A stretch of 64,000 nt of DNA, from assembly GCA_038087875.1 (NCBI GenBank), contig CM075998.1, positions 4,466,001 through 4,530,000 of the forward strand, read 5' to 3'. Shown here in pieces: positions 11,137 through 23,829 of the stretch (position 1 is the stretch's first letter; every line of letters starts with the position of its first letter). The notes beneath the pieces were generated by a model, which made no database searches, was not told the DNA's origin, and saw only the letters and a list, made by a program, of their open reading frames with translations. A program made the position numbers and the translations under genes. Origin of the DNA: Malacoraja senta (lineage: Eukaryota).

Positions 11137-12493
11137 CAAGCCCAAGTCCTTAGCACATGAAGGTTGTACAGTGGAGGTGGAGGCATCAGGTATGCTGTTT
11201 CTGATATGCTTTGGGGTTTACGCCAAAAGCATTCATGGAGCCAGTTTGCAGTGACTGCTTATTTGGAAGTCCACTCAAACTATTAATATTAAGTCCACCT
11301 GGAAAAACGATTGGATTTAGTGAAGCCCAAGCTAAGTGCAGATGCAAGGGACTGTTAACATACACTGAGATCAAGTTTTGAATGGGGGCGAGGTAGTGGA
11401 AGCAGTTCCTCAGTATCAGATGAAAAGAAAAAACAAGCTGATTATTTGGCAAACAATTCATGGTTTTAAGATTGTGGTTTCATTGCCATCTTCCAATGAC
11501 TCATATGTCCTTAAAATATGAAAAAATGACAACTCTGCAGATGAGTTAATCCGACAAATCTGCAGTCTGCACATTTTAAAACTGTGCAGGAAGAACTGAG
11601 ACAAAACAAACTCACAAACAGTAATATGAGGACTCTGTGTTGTGAATAATAGTGGGCGATATTTTGACTTTGATTTTGAATGTAAGCCCACAGTTGTTCA
11701 AAATAGTAGAGAAGATGAGTGAAAATTCTTACAAATTGGAATGATAGCACTTATTTTTGTCGCGGGGAATTCATTTCCATTTCCAAATCGTGCTGTCGTC
11801 TGTTTGTGTGCCGATACAAAGTCAAGGTCAGAGCTGTCAAAGGATTCAGTGAATCGAGGAACGTGTTAGTCCCCCTGATTGTGCCAGACGAGAATGGAAT
11901 GAATGAAGTTGCATGCCTCTCAGATATGGGCGGTATTTTGATGTCAAGAATGTCATTGTAGCTATTTGTGGCAGCTACCCAACCAGCACCCATGATTCTC
12001 ATAACCTCTGCAGTGGTCAAGTACAAAACGTATGCAAGATGACTGCCAGACTGCAGGAGCATTTGAATCCGTGTTGATATCTATTAATGCCAGAAGAAGA
12101 TGACAACATCTCCTGAGAAGATGACAAAAATCAGAGGTCCCACAGGTTCAATTTATTCATCTGGAATCGACAATATCTCTCGAAACAGAAGCTCAATGTC
12201 TGAATCCATTCTTGGTGCTTTCAGAGCCAAACCCATAAGCCAAGTGCAGGAGAGTTAAAATGGAGTCTCTCTGCAATGCGAGGATAATTATAGAATACTC
12301 ATTTCAGAGGAATAACAAATTCTGGGAATAACATTTCAATTCTGAGCAATGTTGATGCCAATCTATCAGTGACCAGCAATGGCCAATGAATAATAAAGGA
12401 TCAAGCATATGCTCAGAACATTTCCATTGACACTGAACATAATTACATGGAACTTGGAGCCAGCACTCCTCCCTGCAAATGGATCCTCGACTT

Positions 12494-12860
12494 GTAAGAT
12501 TGTTAAGGGCTTGGACACGCTAGAGGCAGGAAACATGTTCCCGATGTTGGGGGAGTCCAGAACCAGGGGCCACAGTTTAAGAATAAGGAGTAAGCCATTT
12601 AGAACGGAGATGAGGAAACACTTTTTCTCACAGAGAGTGGTGAGTCTGTGGAATTCTCTGCCTCAGAGGGCGGTGGAGGCTGGTTCTCTGGATGCTTTCA
12701 AGAGAGCTAGATAGGGCTCTTAAAAATAGCGGAGTCAGGGGATATGGGGAGAAGGCAGGAACGGGGTACTGATTGGGGATGATCAGCCATGATCACATCG
12801 AATGGCGGTGCTGGCTCGAAGGGCCGAATGGCCTACTCCTGCACCTATTGTCTATTGTCT
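12494..12860 (+). mobile_element. CR1 3' fragment flanked by a 68-bp direct duplication
   Basis: KIVKGLDTLEAG..WNSLPQRAVEA with (CTATTGT)n tail. Flanks 12426-12493 and 12861-12928 are duplicated. Confidence 0.92.
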
Positions 12861-13609
12861 ATTGACACTGAGCAGAATTACATGGAACTTGGAGCCAGCA
12901 CTCCTCCCTGCAAATGGATCCTCGACTTATTGACCAACAGGCCACTATATGTGAGGATAGGTTAGATCAGTGAAATAGGAATGGAAATCTTAAAATCAGA
13001 CAGTGAGCAAGGTACTGAGTCGAGATGATGACCAGCGAGCAGAATTTACGATAAACACCAAACACAATGGATTCATTCTTCCCAAGTTCGAATCCGATTT
13101 CTTCTCACCACCACCTCAGCGGTCAGTGTATATGTTGAAATGAGCACAACACGAAAAGAGAGACACAGGATCCTTACCCAAAACATCATCGGTCATTCCC
13201 TCCACAGATGCTGCCTGACCCGCTGAGTTCCTCCAGCACTTTGTGTCTCGCACAATAAGAAAAAGATTACCTTTGTCACAACACTAAAGAATGTCATTGT
13301 GTGGGAAGGAACTGCAGATGCTGGTGTAAACCGAAGATAGACACATAAAGCGATCTATTCGTGCAGGGATCGCTGGTCGGCGCTGACGCGGTGGGCTGAA
13401 GGGCCTGTTTCCGCGCTGTATGTCCAAACTAAACTAAACTAATAGACCTTGCTGGATTTGGGTATGTATCCTACCTACCGACTCAGAAGAACGAGTGAAG
13501 ATTTCCAACGATGGGCTCCTGATGGTTTCTCAGCAAGTAAACAACTCGGGTTATCTTCACAACCTTCCTGCCCAATTCTGGCTGGCAGTGGGAGTTAAAA
13601 TCTTCCTTA

Positions 13610-14283
13610 AGGGCCTGTCCCACTTACGTGACTTTTTTCGGCGGCTTGCCGGCACCCGTCACAGTCGCAGCAGGTTGCCGAAAGTTTTCAACATGTTGAA
13701 AATCCAGCGGCGACCAGAAAAAGGTTTGACTCTTTGGGCGACTAGTCACCGCCAAACAGGCGTCATAGTCGCAGCAGCTCGCCGAAAATTTTCAACATGT
13801 TGCGGTCACGGGGTGACACCTGTTTGGTGGTGAGTAGTCGCCCAAAGAGTCATACCTTTTTGTCCTGGGCATCCTCCATTGCCAGAGTGAGCACCACCGG
13901 AAACTGGAGGAGTAGCACCTCATATTTCGCTTGGGCAGTCTGCATCCCGGTGGCCTGAACATTGACCTCCAATTTCCGGTAGCCCTTGCTGTCTCCTCCC
14001 CTTCTCAGCTCTCCCCCAGCCCTCTGGCTCCTCCTCTTCCTTTCTTCTTCCCACCCCAACCCCCACCCTGCATCAATCTGAAGAAGGGTCTCGACCCGAA
14101 ACGTTGCCTATTTCCTTCGCTCCATAGATGCTGCCGCACCCGCTGATTTTGTCCAGCAATTTTGCGTACCTTTTTCTGGTCACCGCTGGATTTTCAACAT
14201 CTTAAAAAAATTTCGGCAACCTGCTGCGACTATGACGGGTGCTGGCAAGTCGCCGAAAAAATCGGGTAACTGGGACAGGCCCT
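13610..14283. mobile_element. PIF/Harbinger-type MITE with nested Penelope fragment
   Basis: TIR AGGGCCTGTCCCA...TGGGACAGGCCCT with long inverted arms. Left flank TTA; right TSD imperfect. Confidence 0.8.
13862..14166 (+). mobile_element. Penelope-like element 3' end (GIY-YIG C-terminal remnant + pLTR with hammerhead core)
   Basis: Reads VLGILHCQSEHHRKLEE*HLIFRLGSLHPGGLNID, then CTGAAGA..GAAACGTT at 14078-14105. Flanked by TACCTTTTT at 13853-13861 and 14167-14175. Confidence 0.85.
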
Positions 14284-15017
14284 TACGTTTTCTGTGAAAA
14301 TCTGTTTAAACGAGAAAATTGTGGGCTGTTTTCCCTTGGAATGCATTCAAAAGCTGAATAATTGTCTGTGTACAGCTGAGTGCACAATGAGTTCATATTG
14401 CCTTTTTCCACTAAGTTTGATGTGAATTCCTTTTAAGCAAATTTGAACTACTTTGAACATTTAACATATTTCTGCTTTTGGAATCTTCTCAGACAAATGT
14501 TTAGACACCTCATACTAAGTTAGTTCAGTGTGGGAGAGTGATGTATAACTCAAGAGGAATTTTATACATGCCCGTGAACCTTTAGGATTATCAGAGCATG
14601 AGACAGTATGGAGGCATTAACGTTTATTTGCCATTCCTTCCTAAACGCAGTTTCATTGTAGGCTCTATCTATTTCTGAACAACAACAACATAAGTATTAC
14701 CTGAAATACTGAGGTGGTTCAGTCAGTTACAGGTTCATCATTGAACGAGGAAGTTATGAGTTCAAAGATCACTTAATAAAAGATCACAAAAGAAACTAGG
14801 CCAATACTTCTAAAGTGACATTGAAGAAATCTGGTTGAAGGCACCATCTTTTGGGGGAGAGTTTAAACAGAGACCGTGTCTAACTTCACAAATAATGAGA
14901 TAGATTGAAGAAGATCGCAGGATTATTCCCCATTGCCTTAACCGATATTTATCTTTCATTCAACTCCGTACAAAAATAAATCACAGTGCTTTTTGTGGGG
15001 TCTTACTATGCTGCCAT

Positions 15018-15108
15018 GGGGAGAGAGAGAAGGGGGGGAGAAAGAGAGAAGGTGAGAGAGAGAAGGGAGAGAGAGAGGGGGGGGGGAGAGAGAGGAGGGG
15101 GAGAGAGA
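15018..15108. repeat. GA-rich polypurine low-complexity tract
   Basis: Visible (GA)n/G runs. Confidence 0.85.
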
Positions 15109-15530
15109 TGTGCTATCTGGTCCGTCGGCGCCACGTCCAACAAAAAGCTTTTCACTGTGCCTCGGTACACGTGACAATAAACGTAACTAAACCGATGACA
15201 CCCAGATGACCTCTCTGGGAGTGGTGGGGATGGGGATGTAGACACACATTGCACTCCTCCTGAAAATGTTGAATGCTCATTTTAAACATACTGATTAATT
15301 TTAAAGATTACTGTTTCAAAATTGTTAAATTTGTAATCCAGAAAATTATATTTGGGTATATGCATACTTAACAAACTTCCCAAACTAAAGTTTATCCTCA
15401 GCAGTCACTTTGCTGAGACGATCTCCCCCGCGCGCCCACCCCCCCCCCCCCCCCCAACTCCTCAAACTCTGCAAACATACACCTAATTGTCAGAGAGAAT
15501 TTAAATGAGGATTCGGAATTGAAATAGTCC

Positions 15531-15844
15531 AGGACTCTTTTCTGGAACATTGGGAAACTTTCATCTCATACTGTTCCCAACATATCCAGATTCTCCCTGG
15601 AAGTATTCCCAAAGAATATTGCAAGCGTGGTTTCACCAACGGTGTGTAAGGATTGTGGAGAAGATAGGTGATGCCACAATGCCCGACATGATACAATCCA
15701 TTCTTAAAATCACATCAAAGCTTGAAATGCTTCGATCCCAGTAAGAAAGCACCTGGAATTGTTTAGAAGGTGCTTCGGGTTCTGAGGTTTCCATTCTTAC
15801 TGCTATAAGAATTCAAAGTCTCCCAATGTTCCAGTAAAGTTCCT
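15531..15844. mobile_element. Old MITE-like element with ~30-bp imperfect TIRs
   Basis: Left end AGGACTCTTTTCTGGAACATTGGGAAACTTT versus the reverse complement of the right end, AGGAACTTTACTGGAACATTGGGAGACTTT. No clear TSD. Confidence 0.55.
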
Positions 15845-16103
15845 CTGAGCGGAATACCATTAATAAAAAATGGATTTATATGCGCTTACACTACTTCCTG
15901 GGAATTTAGGCTCATTAAAATTAACTAAAACCAGCAGAGATCTGAGTGGTGGACCTAAAAGCACTTTTGTAGAGTGTTTTTCAACTCACCACGTGCCCAG
16001 TTAACTAACATGCCGATCTCATCCACTGTCCATTCTTCTCTCTGATTTTTTTTCTCCGTAGTCCAGAGATTATGAGGCCATTTATGGTACCTGTATCCCT
16101 ACC

Positions 16104-16400
16104 TTTAGTTTAGTTTAAGGATACAGCGTGGATACAGGCCCTTCGGCCCACCGAGTCCATGACGACCAGCGATCCCCGCACACTAGCACTACCCTACACA
16201 AACTAGGGACAATTTACATTTATACCAAGCCAATTAACCGACCAACCTGTACGCCTTTGGAGTGCGGGAGGAAACCGGAGATCCCGGAGAAAACTCACGG
16301 GGGGAACGTACAAACTCCGTACAGACAGCAACCGTGGCCGGGATGGAACCTGGGTCTCTGGCGCTGTGAGGCAGCAACTCTACCGCTGTGTCACCGTGCT
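16104..16400 (-). mobile_element. HE1-type SINE
   Basis: Full head-to-tail match with the other copies; (TTTAG)n tail on plus. Confidence 0.88.
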
Positions 16401-17753
16401 GCCTGTGCTGTCCAGGTAGATAACAGTGAACTTAGGGCGCATTGTATGCATTGAAGCTTGGCTTAGCCTGCTTTTTGTGGCTGGGTCACACCCAATTACT
16501 CATTGGTCAAATTAACCCATGGAGAAGACCCAAAATGCTACCTTAATGTATATAAATGCCTCGAGCCAGGAGGGAAAGACAAAATTGCTCATAAAAAACG
16601 ATTAGATCAGGGTCCAGAGTAAAAGCTATACAGTAAATGGCGCACAATTTCCATCAATAAAATTCCTATGAAATTGGGCAATAGCGGAAAGAGGAATGCT
16701 CATGACTTTTGGTCGACAGCCAAAGCATTAAGTGCTTCTCACTCATTGGGAGGCATTACAGCTTTGCACTGAAAATGAAAAATCCAGGAATAAATGTTCT
16801 CAGTACCGTTCCATTCAAGCCATCCGTTTCCCACAGCCTGCACAGATTTCATGCTCAAGGATAAATTGTGAAAGCGGTGTTAGCATCTGTGAAGAACTCC
16901 CCCGGCTGTCTGACACGGACACTGAACAAGTGGGACAGTGGAAAGAGAGGATTAGGACAGACCCTTCTGTCGATGAGAATAATCTAAAAAGATGGTTCAG
17001 TGAAACAGAGTCAGGCTTCAAAGAAACATGGCTGAGTGAAGTATTATGTCTGATGGCATTGCTTTTCTCATGCAGTCATTCACCCATTCTGTCATAGTTT
17101 ACTCTTTGCTCTCATTTACAACAGGACTATGCCCCTTTCCATTAATCCCACTTGTGGGATTCATTGCCACAGAAGGCTGGATATATTTAAGGCAGAGATA
17201 GATAGATTCTTGATTAGTACGGATGTCAGAGGTTATGGGAAGAAGGAAGGAGAATAGGGTTGAGAGGGAAAGATAGATCAGCCATGATTGAATGGTGGAG
17301 TAGATTTGATGGACCGAATGGCCTAATTCTGCTCCTATCACATATGAATTGATGACCTTTTTAAATCTCCCCACATCCCCATTAACCTCTTCCAGATTCA
17401 CCACCCACATACACATGAGGGTGAAACCTACAATGGCAAATTGACCTACGAACCACATCATGGGATGTGGGTGAAAACCAGGGCACCCGGAGGAAACCCA
17501 CGCGGTCACGGTTAGAACATGCAAACCTTACACAGACAGCACCCGAGGTCAGGATTGAACCTGCTTTGCTGGAGTTGTGCAGCAGCAGCTCGACTTGCTG
17601 TGCATCTAGCTCGCTCTGACTATGCCAGACTGCAGAACAATCCAAGAGTGCAGCCACAAAATGCTGGAGTAACCAGGCAGCATCTCTGTAGACAAGGAAT
17701 GGGTGACCCTTCTTCAGGCCCATCCAAGAGTGTAGCCAAATCTTGAATGTTAC

Positions 17754-17917
17754 CATAGAAACATAGACAATAGGTGCAGGAGTAGGCCATTCGGCCCTTC
17801 GAGCCTGCACCGCCATTCAATATGATCATGGCTGATCATCCAACTCAGTATCCTGTACTTGCCTTCTCTCCATACCCTCTGATCCCTTTAGCCACAAGGG
17901 CCACATCTAGCTCCCTT
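17754..17917 (-). mobile_element. CR1 3' tail
   Basis: Matches the young subfamily 3'UTR. Confidence 0.85.
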
Positions 17918-18843
17918 TTAACGCATAACAAGATTCCTGACTCTTCTTCAGCCGGTTCTTATTTTTGGGACTGCTATATTTTTAGGAGCATAACAAGCTA
18001 TGTTTTGAGCGGGCATGAGATCCATGTCTCATACCCATTAGAGTTAAGAGCTACAGATGGTACAGGATGGTGCTCGGGATACACTTTCCTTTGCACCATT
18101 ACTTTATCAGTTGTACAGAAGATAAATGAGAAGGCCCAAGCCAACTACTTCACAATGTTCACTTTAAATACGACAGAAAGACTTGCATTTATAAACCAAT
18201 GCTTATAATCATGGAACATCCCCCAGCTTTTTGCATTTGAGGCATTTTTGAAATGTAGTCATTACAGTAATGACACAAGCTTTCAATTCACAGATACCAA
18301 AATCTCCCACAAACAGCAAAATGGTAATGATGAAATAATTTGTTTTGTACTGATATTGGCTGAAGGGTAAGTATTGCTCAGGACTCCAGGGACGATTTAA
18401 AGCCACATCCAATAGACGATGTAGCACCGCACAAGAACATCAGGCTGGCTTTTGTGCTGAGATCTCCAGAAAGTAGCATTGACCAGAAATCCATGATTCA
18501 GGAGTGTGATTGTTGTAAACCACTCCGCTGACACTCAATTTGCAGTTTGAGTGTATATTTTTCGACAATTTATTTATTTTTCACAATCTGGCATCACTGG
18601 CAAGACTAGTATGTATTACCCATCCTTGGTTACCCTTGAAAAGGTGGGGGTGAGCTGCCCTCTTCAACTACTGCAATTGGAGTTCGGGTTGGAGGTGGGT
18701 CCCCAATGCGGAAGAGGGGAGTTCCAGGATTTGGTCTCAGTGACAATGTGGGACCAGTTTTATGCTCTCAGTCAGAATCATATACAACTTGGAGCAGAAG
18801 TGGCGGTGTTCCCACATGCCTGCGACCCTTCTCCTCCTTGGTA

Positions 18844-19062
18844 GACAAAAATGCTGGAGAAACTCGGCGGGTGAAGCAGCATCTATGGAGGGAAGGAATA
18901 GGTGACGTTTCGGGTCGGGACCCTTCTTCAGACTGAAGAAGGGTCTCGACCCGAAACGTCACCTATTTCCTTCGCTCCATAGATGCTGCTTCACCCGCCG
19001 AGTTTCTCCAGCATTTTTGTCTACCTTCGATTTTCCCAGCATCTGCAGTTCCTTCCTAAACA
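18844..19062. mobile_element. Penelope-derived near-perfect fold-back element
   Basis: ~90-bp inverted arms meet at 18931. 14-bp TSD TCTCCTCCTTGGTA at 18830-18843 and 19063-19076. Confidence 0.88.
18933..18960 (+). ncRNA. Minimal type I hammerhead ribozyme core (Penelope-type)
   Basis: CUGAAGA-A-GGGUC(UC)GACCC-GAAA-CGUC: catalytic core, stem II, palindromic ACGU stem III and GUC site. Stem I is poor, so activity is unproven. Confidence 0.6.
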
Positions 19063-19417
19063 TCTCCTCCTTGGTACAGGTCCACCATCGATCTTCTGGC
19101 AACTGATGGGCCGGCACCTCCTTTAATCGGGGCAAAAGTACGAGAGTGTTGCATATGGCGCACGCTTTTCTGGGACGTGTGCACTCACCTGAAAGAGTTA
19201 ATAGTTTACGTCTTTGTTGATTGTTAATTCTTTATTTAAGTTTCTAGCAGTCCATGGGACTTTAGAGACATGGGAGGAGTATAATTTGGGTCAGGATGAA
19301 GAAGGGTCACCTTAATTCAGTCTGAAGAATGTCATCGACCAGAAACGTCACCAATTCCTTCTCTCCAGAGATGCTGCGTGACTCGCTGAGTTACTCCAGC
19401 TTTTTATGTCTATCTGA

Positions 19418-20037
19418 AGGGCCTGTCCCACTTTCCCGAGTTATTCATGAATTCTCCTGAGTTATTCACGAATTCTCCCGAGTTTTCAAACTCGCAGAAT
19501 AAGAAGAATAAGAATACATTTTATTTATGGGCGCCTTTCAAGAGTCTCAAGGACACCTTACAGAATTTAACAAATAGTGTAAAAACATGTAAGCGGAATG
19601 AAATAAATAGTAAAGACATCACCAGTACACAAATTAAAGACAGAATTCAATCCGAAAACAAAAATCAAAAACACAATATGAAAGAGAGAGCAGCGGCTGC
19701 TAAAACGCGCCAGCGTCCACTCTCCCTTCCGGCAGTTCATCGCAGAATGTTCGTAACGAGTCCGTAGGAGTCCGTGGATATATCGTAGCGGCTCGTTACA
19801 CCAGCCGTAGGTACTCGGGGCATCAGGTAAGTCGGGACGTTTTTTCCAGCCTGATGAAACATGTCAACGAGTAACAAAATAGCCCCGAGTACCTACGGCT
19901 GGCATAACGAGCCGCTACGATATATCCACGGACTCCTACGGACTCGTTACGAACATTCTGCGAGTATGAAAACTCGGGAGAATTCGTGAATAACTCAGGA
20001 GAATTCGTGAATAACTCAGGAAAGTGGGACAGGCCCT
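19418..20037. mobile_element. Harbinger-type fold-back MITE with nested retroposon tail (19501-19739)
   Basis: TIR AGGGCCTGTCCCACTTTCC; flanks TGA/TTA. The insert carries a minus-strand AATAAA and simple tail, with TSD TCGCAGAAT at 19492-19500 and 19740-19748. Confidence 0.85.
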
Positions 20038-20519
20038 TTAGGAATCCACCTGTTCTCCACAGATCCAACCAGAATTAAACGTTAACGGGTCTGCAAGGGC
20101 AATGGAGATGGGGGATGCAGGTCATGATAATATAAGGGCCAGAAATCGATATGAGAACCTTTGTGAAGATTCATTGATATATCATTTGGCCAATGTAAAT
20201 ACCTTGCCTATGCTGTTTCTGTTCACCCATCCGCAGTCACTATAAAGTCTACCGATTAGACAACTTTATATCCAGCATTTCTGGGCAAGACTTGTGTAGG
20301 ATCTGATAAAGTGAGCAGGACTTTTAATGTAAATATTGTAATAATGCTGCTTCCTGTTTTGATCAACTTAAAAGACATGTTTAACAGGCTTCACTTGGAC
20401 AGAACCGGGTCGGTTTTAAAGGAACGTTTTGTCTCTCTGAATTAATTCTTCACGATGAAAATAGTAAGTCAGCATGTGTGGAGAGAGGAGTCCACGGAGG
20501 ATTAATATAGTCAGTGAAG

Positions 20520-20630
20520 TACAAGCCCATGGACTCCCAGAGCTACTTTGACTGCACCTCTTCCCACCCTATATCCTGTGAGAACTCCATTTCACTTTCC
20601 CAGTTTCTCCAGCCCCGTTGCATCTCCTGT
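20520..20630 (+). pseudogene. Old Penelope RT thumb-region remnant
   Basis: Translates YKPMDSQSYFDCTSSHPISCENSISLSQFLQPRCI, resembling PLE YKPTDSHSYLDYTSSHP..SIPFSQFLRLRRIC. Confidence 0.65.
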
Positions 20631-21264
20631 GACATTCTTTGAAATATAGGTCACTCTCGTAAAAGAGGAAACCCCCGCAACCAATTGTTGTGAACAGCAA
20701 GGACCCATAAACACCCACGTGAAAGGGTAAAGATATGTATTAAATATGTACAAGTCCCCAAAATTTTCCGCACTTAGGATGTGGTCTGGCTAACGAGATA
20801 CAGATGCGGTAATCCTGGGATAGCAGATCAGTTACAGAAGGCCATTTAACCAACACAAAAAGTTAAAGGGTGCATGAAAATATGTGGACAGTCTGAGGCT
20901 AAATGCATTTCTAGTTTTGGCTCACTGTAACAATGTGCTCTTTCCACCACCTCCTTGAAATATTCTCAATTTTAGCTACTTCAACCCTTGCCCTTTACAA
21001 GCTGAGGTATAATATTCTTGTCTGCAGAAGGAACTGCAGATGCTGGAAAATCGAAGGTAGACAAAAATGCTGGAGAAACTCAGCGGGTGCAGCAGCATCT
21101 ATGGAGCGAAGGAAATAGGCAACGTTTTGGGTCGAAACCCTTCTTCAGACCCATTCATAATATTCTTCCCTGTTTCTGGCATTTTATGTCCTAACTTCGT
21201 CCGTGTGTGTAAATTGCCTAATTTCACGTGTGTGCGTGTTTGTAATCGTTGAGGAGGTTTTGTG

Positions 21265-22100
21265 AGAATGATTCTGGGGATGATTGGGTTAACGTATGAA
21301 GAGCATTTGATGGCTCTGGGCCTGTACCTGCTTGAGTTTAGAAGGATGAGCGGTGGATCTCGTTGAAACTTACCGAATAACAGAAGGCTAGATAGAGTGG
21401 ATGTGGAGAGGATGTTTCCAGTAGTGGGAGAGTCTAGGACCAGAGGGCACAGCATTAGAATAAAAGGAAGTAGAGGAGGAATTTCTTTCGCCAGAGGGTG
21501 GAATTCATTACCACAGTCGGTTGTGGAGGCTGCATTGGGTATGTTTAAAGTGGAGAAGAATAGGTTCTTGATTGGAGGTACACAAAAATGCTGGAGAAAC
21601 TCAGCGGGTGCAGCAGCATCTATGGAGCGAAGGAAATAGGCAACGTTTCGGGCCGAAACCCTTCTTCAGAAAATCAGAGAAAAACTGTTCCTTCCAGTTG
21701 CTGAGGACACATCTTTAATTTAAAATTATCACTGAAACAGGTAGTGGGAAATTCTTTGCGAATAGGGCTGCTAGAAAATGCTTATTTCTCATTGACAGTT
21801 TGAACTTCAAAATTCAGTACTAAATTAGTGTGCATCTGAAGATGCATCAGGCTAACCTACTATTTCCTTCGCTCCATAGATGCTGCTGCACCCGCTGAGT
21901 TTCTCCAGCATTTTTGTGTACCTTCGATTTTCCAGCATCTGCAGTTCCTTCTTAAACAGGTTCTTGATTGGTACGGGTATCAAAAGTTGCAGGGAGAAAG
22001 GCAGGAGAATGGGGTTGAGAAGGAAAAATAGATCAGCCATGATTGAATAGCAGAGCAGACTCAGTGGGCCAAATGGCCTAATTCTGCTCATATGTCTTAT
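21265..22100 (+). mobile_element. CR1 3' fragment interrupted by a Penelope-derived element (21576-21957)
   Basis: CR1 motifs on both sides of the insertion. 14-bp TSD AGGTTCTTGATTGG at 21562-21575 and 21958-21971. Confidence 0.85.
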
Positions 22101-22934
22101 GATTTATAATCTGATATCATACAAGGAAAAGGCCTCTCATTGTGTCAGGCTTATTCAGCAAAGCATAATGCCCTGAGCTTCATATGCTGCTGGATTCTGC
22201 ACTATACAATTAACATGCCTCTGCAGCTATCATTCAATTTCTTGGCCTTACTCTTTCATAACTCGCTTAAAATCAAAGACTTTACTTCAGGGATTTGACT
22301 CATTAATCACTTTTCATCACAGCTGGAGAGTCATACCTGGCCAAATAACTATGGCTATATAATTCCTCTGTAATGCAATATCAATGGTAATCTAATCCTA
22401 TTACAAACCTTGTTCCTGTGCTGTTTTTGCACTTTGATTTAGCACAAGCAAAGGTGTTGAACCAATACAACAATCAGTGCCTGTTTTTTAAACGCAGTTC
22501 CATCTTTATTTTCCTTATGTTTCACCTTCCTTTGCGGAAAGGTCATCAAACTGTAATCAGGGTTGTTTATAAGCAGCCCGACAAGCTCTGAATGTTAAAA
22601 GGACAAATCACCTCGAGTGAACAATGTGAAATTATAGCCCTGATTGTCTACAAACCTGACCAACAGGAATGTGGTAGTGTTGGGGTGGAGGACAGGTTTG
22701 AGATAGATACCTGATTTTTAATCTCCTGATGTTATGCTTCATTGAAGTCAACAAAGGAAATAAGACAAGGTGTTAAACAGGCATTTGGCTGAACCCAGCA
22801 ACTTCCTGATAGACCGTTTTTATTTATTCATTCATTTTTCAGGATCTGGGTTTCGCCGTCAAAGCCAAAATTTATTGTTTATCGACTTCTTCCTCTTCTT
22901 GCGAATGAAACCTAAATATACCAAAGGGATAGTT

Positions 22935-23410
22935 AGATCTCAAGCCGGGTGTTGAGCAGCCAGGTTGTTGTCTCTGTTGGCGTCAATGTCTGCCAGGCCC
23001 TGACAGAGCTCCATTTGGTGGGTGGTAGAGCGGGCACCCAGAGATGACATGGTTGGCTGTCTGTTGTTCTGCTCCGCATTCACAGGCTGGGCTCTGGCGG
23101 AGCCCCCATCTCCACACACTGGCATTGAAACGCCCAACTCCAGTACCAAGTCTGTTGAGCTTCACCCTTGCTCCTCTGGGGAGGTCAGACCCTGGACAGC
23201 TTTTATCTGGTGAAGAGATGTAGCTGTGTAATGGAGATGAGGTTGCCTTCCACTCCTGTGACCACTTGGTGGCTATCCAGTGTGCTTTTGTCTCAGTTGG
23301 CTGGATGGATCCTAAGAGCGGTTTTCTATGTGGAGCAAAGGGGTGACGGGACTTCAGTCGGGGTGGCCTCTGCTCTCTGCTGATAGCCTGATGGAGGAGG
23401 TGATCTGGAT
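22935..23410 (-). mobile_element. Vingi/Ingi-like LINE 3' fragment
   Basis: Translates VKLNRLGTGVGRFNASVWRWGLRQSPACECGAEQQTANHVISGCP, a C-terminal CxC..H..C knuckle typical of Ingi/Vingi. Confidence 0.75.
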
Positions 23411-23829
23411 CATCCCCAATTGTCCTTGAGATCATGGTGATGAGCTTTCTTCTTGAATTACTGTACTTCTTCTGGTGAAAGTGCTCCCACAATGCTGGTG
23501 TAGGGAGTTGCAGGATTTAGATTAAGAATGATGAAGATCCAGCAATATATTTTCAAGTCAGGATAATGTGTGACTTGGACGGGAGCCTGCAGGTGCTGGA
23601 GTTCCCCTTACGCCTGCTGTCCTTGTCCTTCTTGGTGGGGTTGGGAGATGCCTGGGCAACTAACTGCAATACATTTTGAGATAGTGTATGGTGCAGCCAC
23701 TGAGCTGGATGGAACGAATAGGTGGTGTGTATGCTGCCAATCCAGCAGGTGGCTTTTACCTGGATGGTGTGGAGCTTCTTGAGTGTTGTTGCCATTTCAG
23801 CCATCCAGGCAAATTGGGAGTACGCGAAA

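Noticed and set aside
16732..17097. 121-aa plus-strand ORF in unique DNA
   Set aside because: Non-ATG start, no convincing splice donor and no recognisable domain.
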